From the NCBI GenBank assembly GCA_002269645.1, contig NIVC01002154.1:1-64000 (forward strand): 64,000 nt of DNA, given 5' to 3'. Numbering within the stretch: position 1 is the stretch's first letter; each line of letters opens with the position of its first letter. Source of the stretch: Macrostomum lignano. Its lineage: Eukaryota. This document shows, piece by piece, positions 52,123-64,000 of this stretch. The position numbers and the translations under genes were made by a program. Below the pieces are notes generated by a model, which saw nothing but the letters and a program-made list of their open reading frames with translations, did not search any database and was not told the origin of the DNA.

Positions 52123-53404
52123 CTTTCTAGGCTTCTTAATCACAACTTGCGCTTTAGACTACTGAAATTGCTGGACAGTAGCAAGTATGGAAAACTATCG
52201 TTAAATTAGTAGACGTCAGTAAAAAAAGTACTTTACTGTTAGTGATAATGCCAGAGCTATTTGCAGCCCCGGATGGGCCAGTTGGTAATTTGATGCTCAT
52301 GCTACTTTCGATTGGGCGTCTGCTGGGATTTTTGGTCGAATTAAAATTAAAATTAAATGTTACTACAGGCTTCTCTGCTCTTTCCGATGACTTTATTGGC
52401 TCAGTTATCGATCGCTTCCCTAGCCCAACCCTCGGACCACGTATTCTGCACCCGAAATCTCTTACCCCGAGGCCCCCTGCCCCATTTTATTTGCCTTCCC
52501 CAGCCATGTACATTTTCAGAGGCGCCAGCTAAAAATGTACATTTAGACTGCCCTGATAGCAGGGTTCTTTTACGCTTACAACTTCAGCTGTTTTCTGTAC
52601 GTTTTCTTCCAAACTTAATGTCCTGACGAACAAATTAAGGAAGTCATGCGCACTCTTATGCCCAACAGAAAGTAGACTGGGTGCATTTTGTAAGAAAATT
52701 TATCGAGTGGCTTATGTAAAGGGGTTTTAATATGAAACTGGCTTACTTTTGCTACTGCCTACCCTTCAGTGGTACACAAGGTTCACATATCATTTGAATG
52801 GCATTAGCATCATTGGAGCATAAATTAAATATTCGCTGTGATTCCATTGATGAGCTTGCTTGCCCGCTTGCCTATTGTGAAATATTCATGCTTTCCGGCA
52901 ATCCATGTTTCACCAGAATTAGTCAAATTTTTAATGCCCTAATCATTGCTTGCGTCTCGCTACAGTTTTTGCTCCTTGTCTCTGCTTAAGTTTGCTTAAT
53001 TAGAATTTAAAGTGCTTACAGAATTGTCTATCTGGCGATGCATTTGAGTGTTGAGCTGGGTTGAAAGCAAAGCTGTTAATTGTTTTTGTTAAAATTAGTA
53101 AACAATGCTTCCATGCCTAATCCAGCCTCGGTAGTTGCTTTTAGCACTCGCATTTTGTTACAATGCCGCACATCTTGATTGCTTATTAATGCAGTGTAAA
53201 GCAGAAAAGAGCTTTCTGTTTCTTGCTGTATTTGTCTGCTTAACGATTGAAGGCAATTTGTTTTGCGAAACAGCTTTGGTTTATTTATTAGAGCACTGTA
53301 CATTTAAATCAGTTGTTGTGAATGCCAATTGTATATCTTTATGCCTCATAAAGCACATGCCCTACTCACTGGAAGACTACAAACGTAGAAACGCCTCCTA
53401 ATCT

Positions 53405-53800
53405 GCCTCTTTCCTTTTCCACCCCATTCCCTAGGATATACACGCTCAGAAAGTCTCTTCCCCTGGCCTTGCCTTTTAATTTCCTACCCCGCGAAGTGCC
53501 CACCTCACCCCCAGGGTGTACACACTCCCTTCTTATTTCCTACCCCGCGAAGCGCCCATCCCCCTCTCAAGATGTACACGCTCAGTGAAAGTCTCTTTCA
53601 CTGGGTCTTGCCTTCTAATTTCCTACCCCGCGAAGCGCCCACCTCACTACCAGGATGTACACGCTCCCTTCTAATTTCCTACCCCGCGAAGCGCCCACCT
53701 CACTCCCAGTATGTACACGCTCAGTGAAGGTCTCTTCCCCTGGCCTTGCTTTCTACGAGTATTATAATTTCCTATCCCGCGAAGCACCCACCCGATTCCC
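53405..53800. repeat. Degenerate tandem repeat containing atttcctaccccgcgaagcgccc (5 copies)
   Basis: The motif recurs at irregular spacing. Confidence 0.75.
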
Positions 53801-54239
53801 TAGATGTGTAAATACAAACTATATAAACCCTGTTGTTCGCTAACATAGGCTCTCGCTAATAAGTATCGCTATATCGCTAACTCGCTATAATAAGTATATG
53901 GCTTTCTCTTGTATTATGCTTTGTCAAAATTTTGTCAAGTTTTATTCGACTAGCTCTATTATGTACGAATACTTGAAATTTCGTTCCCAAATACAAACCA
54001 CACACCGAAAATGAAGATGTAAATATCAAAACATCGTATCAAAAACGTTATCATTATTGCCCAGTAAGATGTAATTTTCATTGTTTTTAAATAAAAAATG
54101 GTTGCGAAGTTCTACGAATTGAAAATTTGATAATCAAATATACATTCAAATTGGGCGTTGAAGAGACAAAGGTTCAGTCATACGCACAGGCAGGCACACT
54201 CACACACCATAGTGCGGCCTATACGCTTGAATTTCCGGC

Positions 54240-54695
54240 ATACATAATGGACTGGGGGTTGGGGTGGGGCTTGGCGTACATAATGGATTGGGGTGGGGCT
54301 TGGTGTACATAATGGATTGGAGGTTGGGGTGGGGCTTGGCGTACATAATGGATTGGGGTGGGGCTTGGCGTAAATAATGGATTGGGGGTTGGGCTTGGCG
54401 TAAATAATGGATTGGGGTGGGGCTTGGCGTAAATAATGGATTGGGGGTTGGGCTTGGCGTAAATAATGGATTGGGGTGGGGCTTGGTGTACATAATGGAT
54501 TGGGGTGAGGCTTGGTGTACATAATGGATTGGAGTGGGGCTTTGCGTACATAATGGATTGGGGAGCTTGGCGTACATAATGGATTGGGGAGCTTGGCGTA
54601 CATAATGGATTGGGGGTTGGGGTGGGGCTTGGCGTACATAATGAATTGGGGAGCTTGGCGTACATAATGGATTGGAGTGAGGCTTGGCGTAAATA
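54240..54695. repeat. ~25-35 bp minisatellite (ggcttggcgtacataatggattggggt)
   Basis: Directly visible. Confidence 0.9.
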
Positions 54696-55829
54696 ATGAA
54701 ATAATGGACGCCTAAGTAAGGAGGCGGGGCTAGAGTAAATTTCGGCGGGCATAAATGATGAGGCAACCAAGACAATAGAATGCCGCAAACAAGTAGGAGT
54801 TCACAGTGGAATGAAGCAGCGCATGAAAAAACTACAGCAGCCAGCATCCGTTTCAGAGAGACATCAAAGGCGAGGCGGCTAACTGCCCCATGCGGTTGAC
54901 AGGCGGACACGGCCGGCCGGAAAAAACAAAATGAGCCCGGCGCGGAGGCCGCTCCAGAGGAGGAACAGCTGGAACAGCCAAGACCGACCGCCAACCCCGA
55001 GGAGCGTAGCTTTATTTCTTTGAGTTAAAGTGAAGAAAAACGCGATGAATCCGCTAGACAAAATAAAGGCAACGCAGTTGATAAAGAGAGCTTTACAAGT
55101 GTAATGTTAAGAATTTCGGCGTGATCATAATTACAATTTTAAAAACACTTGAAAAAAATTATAACTTCACGTATTAAAACGAATCAATTTTAATAATAAG
55201 TCACAAATATTTTATTTATTTTGTTTATCTTTTCCATTTCCGGCTGAAAAGATTTTCGAAACAATGGCTCATACAGGAGTGCACAGCGGCTGTACTGACG
55301 CCGGCACATACGAAATAATATAGCGTCGCTCTGGATCGAGTAGGCTACGGCCCCCTGGATTACACATGCAGGCAAGACACATTTCAGGGTGGAAAATTAC
55401 TGGATGGCACATTATATCCTCCTTACATACATCCTCCTTGGTGAGGAATGAAGGGGTGCAAAACAGAGGGAAGGAGAAGCCACAGGAAACAGAAGTACGG
55501 CCAGACCTGCGTCTTTTGTTAATTAGCGCGCTCTCAAGGAGCCCGTTGCCAGGGACGCCAATGCCTCTCCTCTCTGCACCCCACCTCTCCTTCCCCCTAA
55601 GACTGAAGCGGACAATTAGCAATCGGAACAAGGACCACTAGTTTAGACGTCTTTGCATCGGAAGCGATGCAACGAGATGCGAAAATAGATAGAAATAGAT
55701 GGGCTTTGGGCTCTGGCACGGACCAACTGTTGACAGTTGCAACAGTGCATGGCAACCAGCAATTTTTAGCATCCAAGCTGCATTCATTCCCGATAAATAT
55801 GCACGAAACAAAACAGCAGGACTGCACAG

Positions 55830-57457
55830 CACACTTTGATCTTGAAAGTGCGAGCCTCAACCCTTCTGCTGGCAGTTCTGTGCTGCCTCGCCCTGCGCCA
55901 CTCCATGGCTGCCGAGTTCGCTCCCCTGGGCTGCTTCATCGACTTCTCGGAAGATGGGAGCCGCGACCTCAACGGCCTGGCGGGCTGGTCCAACGTCTCT
56001 GCGGCTACGGCAACTTCAAGTACTTCGGCGTCCAATTCCACATCGAATGCTATTGCGGCAACTCGTACGGCAGTTTTGGCGCGGCACCGGACGCCGACTG
56101 CTACGCCAAATGCGCTGGCAACCCCGCCCAGATGTGCGGAGGAGCAATGCGGATCTCCGTGTACCGCCAGATCTACCTGCGCTCCGGTGAGGCAACAGCT
56201 TGATTACAGAATTTGGTGCAGTGCAGCGTTTAGGCCTACCTTGACCGACTATTCAAAAGCATTCGATATTAGTTAATAGAATATTAGAAAATATCTTAGC
56301 AAGTTTGATGAAAATCGAATTTAGCTGTTTGTCCCTTCAACCAGCAATAAACTTGTGAAACCCTCAGACCAAGACACCCTTCAACCAGCAATAAACTTGT
56401 GAAACCCTCAGACCAAGACACCCTTCAACCAGCAATAAACTTGTGAAACCCTCAGACCAAGACACCCTTCAACCAGCAATAAACTTGTGAAACCCTCAGA
56501 CCAAGACACCCTTCAACCAGCAATAAACTTGTGAAACCCTCAGACCAAGACACCCTTCAACCAGCAATAAACTTGTGAAACCCTCAGACCAAGACACCCT
56601 TCAACCAGCAATAAACTTGTGAAACCCTCAGACCAAGACACCCTTCAACCAGCAATAAACTTGTGAAACCCTCAGACCAAGACACCCTTCAACCAGCAAT
56701 AAACTTGTGAAACCCTCAGACCAAGACACCCTTCAACCAGCAATAAACTTGTGAAACCCTCAGACCAAGACACCCTTCAACCAGCAATAAACTTGTGAAA
56801 CCCTCAGACCAAGACACCCTTCAACCAGCAATAAACTTGTGAAACCCTCAGACCAAGACACCCTTCAACCAGCAATAAACTTGTGAAACCCTCAGACCAA
56901 GACACCCTTCAACCAGCAATAAACTTGTGAAACCCTCAGACCAAGACACCCTTCAACCAGCAATAAACTTGTGAAACCCTCAGACCAAGACACCCTTCAA
57001 CCAGCAATAAACTTGTGAAACCCTCAGACCAAGACACCCTTCAACCAGCAATAAACTTGTGAAACCCTCAGACCAAGACACACGCTCGCTGCGAATAAAC
57101 CGCTCCATACTTGCACCAGATCAATAACACTGTATGCTTTCTCAGCGACATTGGGCCTGCAATTAGTTTTTATCGTTACTATCAGCGGAACTTCCAAGAT
57201 CTCAACCGTGCAAATTTCCCTTGTTCCCGTGCAATGTGTTCACTCGGTCCGAAAAAGTCTACCTGAACGTGACATCCTCTAGTGGGCCCCTCTACCGGAC
57301 CGTGCAGCCCGTGACGGACCTGACCGACTGCATACTCAGCTGCGGTGCCGACTGCCAGGCCGTGCTGTTCCACCTGGACGCCTGCTACCTGCTGAGACTG
57401 CCCGTTCTGCCGCACGAGCTACAGGACGTACCTGGGGAATTCTTCCTTCGCGTGTGA
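55830..57457 (+). pseudogene. Signal peptide + WSC carbohydrate-binding domain + Cys-rich PAN/apple-like domain gene, frameshifted within WSC (pseudogene or assembly error)
   Basis: LLLAVLCCLAL signal and LGCFIDF...RDL are in one frame; RLCGYGNFKYFGVQFHIECYCGNSYG...CAGNPAQMCGGAMRISVY is in another, switching near 55986-55997. Donor after 56186, acceptor before 57186, stop at 57457. Confidence 0.65.
56333..57081. repeat. 44-bp perfect minisatellite (17 copies) in the WSC gene intron
   Basis: Unit cccttcaaccagcaataaacttgtgaaaccctcagaccaagaca; no spacers and no variants seen. Confidence 0.96.
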
Positions 57458-57639
57458 GAGACTGCGGCTGCTCCCTGGCTGCGATGCCAGCTGAGTGATT
57501 AAAACAAACTCTTGAACGCTTCGCCCCCAATGTCACACCGAGTCTGCGGTTGAGTCTGGCTTCTGCGTTATGAACGGCTGATTTGTAGTAAACTATCCCT
57601 AACAAAATAGATCGAAGGTTTTAGCCAATGTATGCTCTG

Positions 57640-57985
57640 ACTCAGCAAGCTCTGTCATTGCTAACTCAGCAAGCCCTTAACCCAATGTAAGCTCTGTCTC
57701 ATTGCTGACTCAACAAGCCTTCAACCCAATGTAAGCTCTGGCTCATTGGTGACTCAACAAGCCTTTAACCCAATGTAAGCTCTGTCTCATTGCTGACTCA
57801 GCAAGCCTTAACCCAATGTAAGCTCTGTCTCATTGCTGACTCAACAAGCCTTTAACCCAATGTAAGCTCTGTCTCATTGCTGACTCAACAAGCCTTCAAC
57901 CCAATGTAAGCTATGTCTCATTGCTGGCTCAGCAAGCCTTTAACCCAATGTAAGCTCTGTCTCATTGGTGACTCAACAAGCCTTA
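57640..57985. repeat. ~43-44 bp minisatellite (~8 copies)
   Basis: Unit actcaacaagcctttaacccaatgtaagctctgtctcattgctg. Confidence 0.92.
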
Positions 57986-58514
57986 ATTGCTGGTCTTGAT
58001 TCCTGGATCAATTTTAGGATGCAGAGTGATTGCACTGCTGCATCGCCCATGCATCCGCACTGCACAAAGTTATGCACTGCAAAAATCAATAACGAAGCAA
58101 AAAATCCCGACAATTACAACGCAAAAGTTTATCGAGATTTTTCTTATCACGCGACACAAATCAAAGCTTAAAAAAATCGTTGCTTGTATAAGCGTTGACA
58201 AGAGTAGTATATTTTGAATTTTGTTGCAGAAGTCCCCGCCAGTTAAAAAATTTATAAAAGCGGTGCAAGACAATTACAATGAGACCACATCTGAGCTTCG
58301 TAGAGCCTGCAGGTGACAACTTAGAATGCTGAAGCAAACAAAAAATTGTTTAGACAAAATATGAAATATTGCAATCAACAACATTGAATGGATGCAGAGC
58401 CTTAATAAACAGTGCAGGCGGACAGGACTCTGCGGACAGCAATACTGCAGCTGCACGGCCAGCACTGCTACCATGAAAAGCTGCCCGAAAACTGCTCGAG
58501 TAGTTAAGAATCCC

Positions 58515-59195
58515 TTCATACTACTTACAGTCGGGTAGAATACAATCCCAACATAATACTTACAGTCGAGTAGAATACAATCCCATCATACTACTTACAG
58601 TCGAGTAGAATACAATCACATCATACTACTTACACTTGAGTAGTATAAAATCCCATCATACTACTTACAGTCAAGTAGAATACAATCACATCATACTACT
58701 TACAGTCGAGTAGAATACAATCACATCATACTACTTAACATTTAGGTAGAATACAATCACATCATACTACTTACAGTCGAGTAGAATACAATCCCATCAT
58801 ACTACTTACAGTCGAGTAGAATACAATCACATCATACTACTTAACATTTAGGTAGAATACAATCCCATCATACTACTTACAGTCGAGTAGAATACAATCC
58901 CATCATACTACTTACAGTCGAGTAGAATACAATCACATCATACTACTTAACATTTAGGTAGAATACAATCCCATCATACTACTTACAGTCGAGTAGAATA
59001 CAATCCCATCATACTACTTACAGTCGAGTAGAATACAATCCCATCATACTACTTACAGTCGAGTAGAATACAATCACATCATACTACTTAACATTTAGGT
59101 AGAATACAATCCCATCATACTACTTACAGTCGAGTAGAATACAATCCCATCATACTACTTACAGTCGAGTAGAATACAATCCCATCATACTACTT
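58515..59195. repeat. 35-36 bp minisatellite (~19 copies)
   Basis: Unit catcatactacttacagtcgagtagaatacaatcc, with a recurring aacatttagg variant. Confidence 0.95.
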
Positions 59196-59829
59196 ACCGC
59201 AGCTGTCAGTAGCATAAAGGGCGAGCGGCATCGCAATTAAGGGCGCACAAAGCAAACGCAGAGCGAGAATTGCAGGATTCGGGAAACGTGGATAAAATAT
59301 TCGGCAAGCAGCGAGACTGACATAAACAGAAAAAATGGTTTAAATAATTGCGGGACAGAATATCAGCGGGCAGTGCTACAGATTCTATTCTAAAGCAAAA
59401 AATAAAGATGAAAAATCGAACAGAATGTCAAAGCTTTCCGGTGCCGAACCTCGTGGACCGGCGTGCGTCCAGATCGATCGGCTGATTGGATAAAGATCAA
59501 ACAGGTGGCATCAGTCTGACAGGCTATGATAAAATATCAGCTTCGTATTAATAAGCGCAAGTATAGAATAGACAGCAGGCTGACAAATGCGAGACCAACA
59601 ACACATTTCTACTGCGGCTTCGATGCTGAATACAAAAAATACACATTAGCCGGCTGTACAAAATCACAACAGTTACAGAATTAATATGGCATAAAACTAA
59701 AATTCCTTAAGCCAAAATTGTGTGATGAATTATTTGTTACTCCACATTTCATAAAATCTAGAGTGTTAAATTTCGGTTTCAAAATTTTTTTTCTGCTGTC
59801 CGCAGTAAAACAGACAGAGTTTAGTAGAC

Positions 59830-60295
59830 TGGCGTGGTCTGGGGTGCGTGTTGAGGTTAGAGTTGGAGGGCTTGGTCTGGGGTGCGTGTTAAGGTTAGAG
59901 TTGGAGGGCTTGGTCTGGGGTGCGTGTTAAGGTTAGAGTTGGAGGGCTTGGTCTGGGGTGCGTGTTAAGGTTAGAGTTGGAGGGCTGGGTCTGGGGTGCG
60001 TGTACATTGGGGTTAGAGTTGGAGGGCTGGGTCTGGGGTGCGTGTACATTGGGGTTAGAGTTGGAGGGCTGGGTCTGGGGTGCGTGTACATTGGGGTTAG
60101 AGTTGGAGGGCTGGGTCTGGGGTGCGTGTACATTGGGGTTAGAGTTGGAGGGCTTGGTCTGGGGTGCGTGTACATTGGGGTTAGAGTTGGAGGGCTTGGT
60201 CTGAGGCGTGTGTTCATTGAGGTTAGAGTTGGAGGGCTTGGGTGCGTGTACATTGGGGTTAGAGTTGGAGGGCTTGGTCTGGGGTTGGAGCGCTG
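59830..60295. repeat. 38/42-bp G-rich minisatellite
   Basis: Unit ggggtgcgtgtacattggggttagagttggagggctgggtct. Confidence 0.93.
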
Positions 60296-60451
60296 TTAAG
60301 GAGGGTTTCTAGTTTATGTAGTTCAAATGGTCGATTTTTAAAAAAGTGATTTTTTTGAGAATACTTGTTTTCGGAAAATTGTTTGTTGCAAACAATGGGA
60401 CAAATATTTGGGTTTCGAGTTTTAAAATTTGGAACTGGGCAGGTTCAGCCC

Positions 60452-63400
60452 TCACCAGACGGTGCATTTTTTCACCGGGTTCATCCGAGCCCCGGCCGGG
60501 CATTTAAAGACGCCACCAAAGTCGTGGTTGTTGCTGATAGGCCCCCACACCCGCATCTTGCCGGGCGGGTGCGGGTCCACCTTCGCCGACTGGCGCACCG
60601 ACTCCTTGGTCTCCAGCTCGCACCAGGTCTGCGCGGCGATACAAAGGAGAAGTGAGAGATCGATTTAAACTACTGAGAAAAGTAGACAAATAAAGATTTG
60701 AAACGTAAAATCTTTCACAAAGCCCGATTATTCATCGCCATAAAAGAAACACCTGTGCACACTGAGAGAGGACGGCGTGTGGCAATGGCTGGCTGATAAA
60801 GACTGCTGAGCAAAGTTCGACCCTACTTTGAGTTTGTCACACGAAAAGGCCGCTTTGGGGCTAAGGGATTTTAGAAGTTAGGACAATTCACTACAGGAAG
60901 TGAGAATCTTTGGGAAGCGGAGATCACGGGAATTCTGGGGAATTCGGAAATTCGGAAAGATTCGGAAATTAGGGACTATACTATTTTGGGGATTCGGGAA
61001 TTGGGGGTTCGGGAATTAGGGATTTGGAAATTGGGGATTCAAGAATTGGGGATTCGGGAATTAAAGATTCGGGAATTGGAGATTAGGGAATTGGGGATTC
61101 GGGAATTGGAGATTAGGGAATTGGGGATTCGGAAATTGGAGATTAGGGAATCAGGGATTCGGAAATTGGGGAATCGGGAATTGGAGATTAGGGAATTAGG
61201 GATTCGGGAATTGGAGATTAGGGAATTGGGGATTCGGGAATTGGAGATTAGGGAATTGGGGATTCGGGAATTGGAGATTAGGGAATCAGGGATTCGGAAA
61301 TTGGGGAATCGGGAATTGGAGATTAGGGAATTGGGGATTCGGGAATTGGAGATTAGGGAATTGGGGATTCGGGAATTGGAGATTAGGGAATTGGGGATTC
61401 GGGAATTGGAGATTAGGGAATCAGGGATTCGGAAATTGGGGAATCGGGAATTGGAGATTAGGGAATTGGGGAGCAGGGAGAAACTGAAAAGCACGGCAGC
61501 TAAGAGATGTGAAATCTTGGGTGGGATAAAATCAAAGCTGGAGGCGGGACCAGCAAAGTTGAACAAGGCAGCCTCATTAGGCTTAGAGCAGCGGGCCAGG
61601 ATTCTCACCTGTGAGTAGGCGATGAACAGCAGCTGCTCTTTGGTGAATCGCTCGTTGAGGTTGGGCAGCAGGGGCTCCGGCAGCAGGTTTGCCCTGTCCT
61701 TATAGGCCTGCGGAGTATCGAGGATGGGCGGCAAACTACTTGGGGATTTCGTTAAATTTCGCAAGTTTTCTTTTCCTTTCGATTACAAAAGCTGAGGGTA
61801 ACCTCCTAAGGAACCGGCGCCAACACCAAAGTGCCCTTAGCAACCAATGTGCAACCGCTCACGCCACTCAGGATGCATATTTGCATAGCAACAGTCTCCA
61901 ACCTGCACTTAATATTCTCTAACTTGCCCTAGTAACCGTCTCCGACATCTCCTAGAGCCGTCTCTAACATCCCCCCTAGCAACCGTCTCTAACATTGCCA
62001 TAATCCTAGCAACCGTATTCTCCATGCCCTAGCAACCAGATCATCCATACCCTAGCAACCGTATCTTCCATACTCTAGCAACTGTATCCTCCATACCCTA
62101 GCAACTGTATCCTCCATACCCTAGCAACCGTATCCTCCATACCCTAGCAACTGTATCCTCCATACTCTAGCAACCGTATCCTCCATACCCTAGCGACCGT
62201 ATCCTCCATACCCTAGCAACCGTATCCTCCATACCCTAGCAACTGTATCCACAATCCCCCAACAACCGTATCCGTAGTGTAGAAACTTTATTCACAATTC
62301 CCTAGCAAACGTATCCACAATTCCCTAGCAACCGTCTCCGATATCCTCCTAGCAACCGTCTCTAACATTGCTATAACAACCGTTTTTAATAACCCTAGCA
62401 ACCGTTATCCACTATACCCTAGCAACCATATCCTAGCAAACATCATCCGCGCGCAGCTCACCCTGTAGGCGCTCTTCAGCCCGCCGTTGTCGGCGATGCT
62501 CTCGCCCAGCACGAGCTGCCCGGGCACCCGCACGTCGCCGTCAACCACGAAGTCCTCGTACTGCTTGGCAATGCAGGCGGCCGCCTCCTTGAAGGACTGG
62601 GCGGTGCGGTTGCTCCACCACTGCCGCTGGTTGCCGTTTCTGTCGAAGTTCTTGCCGTCGTCGTCGAAGCCGTGGGTGACCTCGTGGCCGATGACGGCCC
62701 CGATGGCGCCGTAGCTGATGTACGGCGGGAACTGCGCCTGGTAGAACGGGCGCTGCAGGATGCCGGCGGGGAAGGCGATCACGTTTGAGGAGGGCGAGTA
62801 GTAGGCGTTGATGGACTGCGGCGTCATTTCGAACTCGACCTTCACGGGTTCGGCCAGTTTGGCGATGGACTTCACGTGGCCGAGCCGCTGGATCTTCAGC
62901 AGGTTGTTGAAATATTCGCCGGATGCGAACCGGAAGCTGCCGAATTCCTCGCGCATTGCCGTCTCGTTGCCGAAGTAGTCCGGGTAGCCGACCAGGTTGC
63001 GGATGCCCACCAGCTTCGCCATCGCCAGCCGCCTGGTGGTCGCGTCCATCCACGCCGCCTCCTGCAGGCTGCGGTTGAAGGCCGCCTTCACGTCGTTGAT
63101 CATGGAGTTCACCGCCAGCTTCGACTCGTCGTCGAAGTGCTGATCGACGTACAGCTTGCCGAGCCCGAAGCCGAACATGCCGCTGACGGAGCGGACGCAC
63201 AGAGCCCACGGGTTAGGCGAGCCGTGCACGCCATCCGTGATGTGGTGCAGCTTGCGGGGAATGGCAGCGGCTTCCTTGTTGAGCACAGACAGGAAGATCC
63301 ACACAGACCGGATGAGCAGGTAGTTGTTCACGGTGCTGAAGTGGTGGTGCATGGGGGTTGCTCAGGTGTCGCTCAGACCCTGTGGGAGCTGCTCAGACCC

Positions 63401-64000
63401 AGTGGCAGCTGCTCAGACCCTGTGGAAGCTGCTCAGACCCAGTGGCTGCTGCTCAGACCCTGTGGGAGCTGCTCAGACCCTGTGGCAGCTGCTCAGACCC
63501 TGTGGAAGCTGCTCAGACCCTTTGAGAGCTGCTCAGACCCAGTGGGAGCTGCTCAGACCCTGTGGAAGCTGCTCAGACCCTGTGGAAGCTGCTCAGACCC
63601 TTTGAGAGCTGCTCAGACACTTGAGAGCTGCTCAGACCCAGTGGCATCTGCTCAGACCCAGTGGCAGCTGCTCAGACCCAGTGGCAGCTGCTCAGACCCT
63701 GTGGAAGCTGCTCAGACCCTGTGGAAGCTGCTCAGACCCTTTGAGAGCTGCTCAGACCCAGTAGCAGCTGCTCAGACCCTTGAGAGCTGCTCAGACCCAG
63801 TGGCATCTGCTCAGACCCAGTGGCATCTGCTCAGACTCAGTGGGGATGAGAGTCCCAGCTTCACAGCTTCACAAGCTTCTTCACAAGCAAGACTCACAGC
63901 TTCTTTTGCGGATCGGCCGCCAAACGCTGCAGCAGCGGGCAGAGCTGCCGCAGGTAGTTCTCATCCCGGATGTTAACAGGCGTGTCGGGGGTGATGTGGT
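60452..64000 (-). CDS. M13 zinc metallopeptidase (neprilysin/endothelin-converting enzyme-like), 3' portion; continues beyond the window
   Basis: Exons (64000)-63898, 63335-62462, 61707-61609, 60628-60452. Motifs INAYY, FPAGILQRPFY, HEVTHGFD (HExxH), GESIADNGG, DPHPPGKMRV and C-terminal KKCTVW*. Confidence 0.95.
60985..61470. repeat. 15-bp-based minisatellite in the last neprilysin intron
   Basis: Units gggaattggagatta / gggaattggggattc. Confidence 0.93.
61930..62435. repeat. 23-bp minisatellite in a neprilysin intron
   Basis: Unit ccctagcaaccgtatcctccata. Confidence 0.9.
63370..63835. repeat. 20-bp minisatellite in a neprilysin intron
   Basis: Unit ctcagaccctgtggaagctg. Confidence 0.93.

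Noticed and set aside
56333-57081. CRISPR-like regular repeat
   Set aside because: Units are contiguous with no unique spacers, there are no cas genes, and the array lies in a spliceosomal intron.
62485-62510. ESIAD instead of ENIAD in the M13 peptidase as a sign of inactivity
   Set aside because: HExxH, the third zinc ligand Glu, the Asp and the NAYY motif are all retained.
62541-63976. Long plus-strand and alternative-frame ORFs over neprilysin
   Set aside because: Antisense or shifted shadows of a GC3-rich exon plus a 20-bp repeat.

Overview
Eukaryotic (animal) genomic DNA: GC-rich exons separated by introns that are very often filled with a private minisatellite or microsatellite. The style suggests a free-living flatworm such as Macrostomum, but that is inference only. 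Gene models were assembled by hand from GT-AG signals and reading phase. In order: (1) an AT-rich 2-10 kb block with an orphan ~460-codon exon and several inverted-repeat/MITE-like elements; (2) a 7-exon secreted GH3 beta-xylosidase-like gene (-); (3) a compact tandem array of four DNAJB6/B2-like J-domain genes (+) with an identical phase-2 intron; (4) ARMC8/GID5 (-); (5) a C16orf89/UPF0764-like gene (-) with an added C-terminal membrane anchor; (6) a 12-exon MTUS1/MTUS2/CCDC69-like coiled-coil gene (+); (7) a frameshifted WSC plus Cys-rich domain gene (+); (8) the 3' part of an M13 neprilysin/ECE-like peptidase (-), cut by the window end. The most unusual locus is the J-protein array. Three copies have lost the HPD motif (HPA, HPE, HPS), and the only HPD copy has a 1-nt frameshift. 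Two copies carry His-rich repeat tails, one with 16 synonymous-only DHGMSHDQF copies. One intron ends in ten 42-nt-spaced copies of its own splice acceptor. No rRNA, intact tRNA or CRISPR was seen, and most ORFs in the supplied track are repeat or antisense artefacts.
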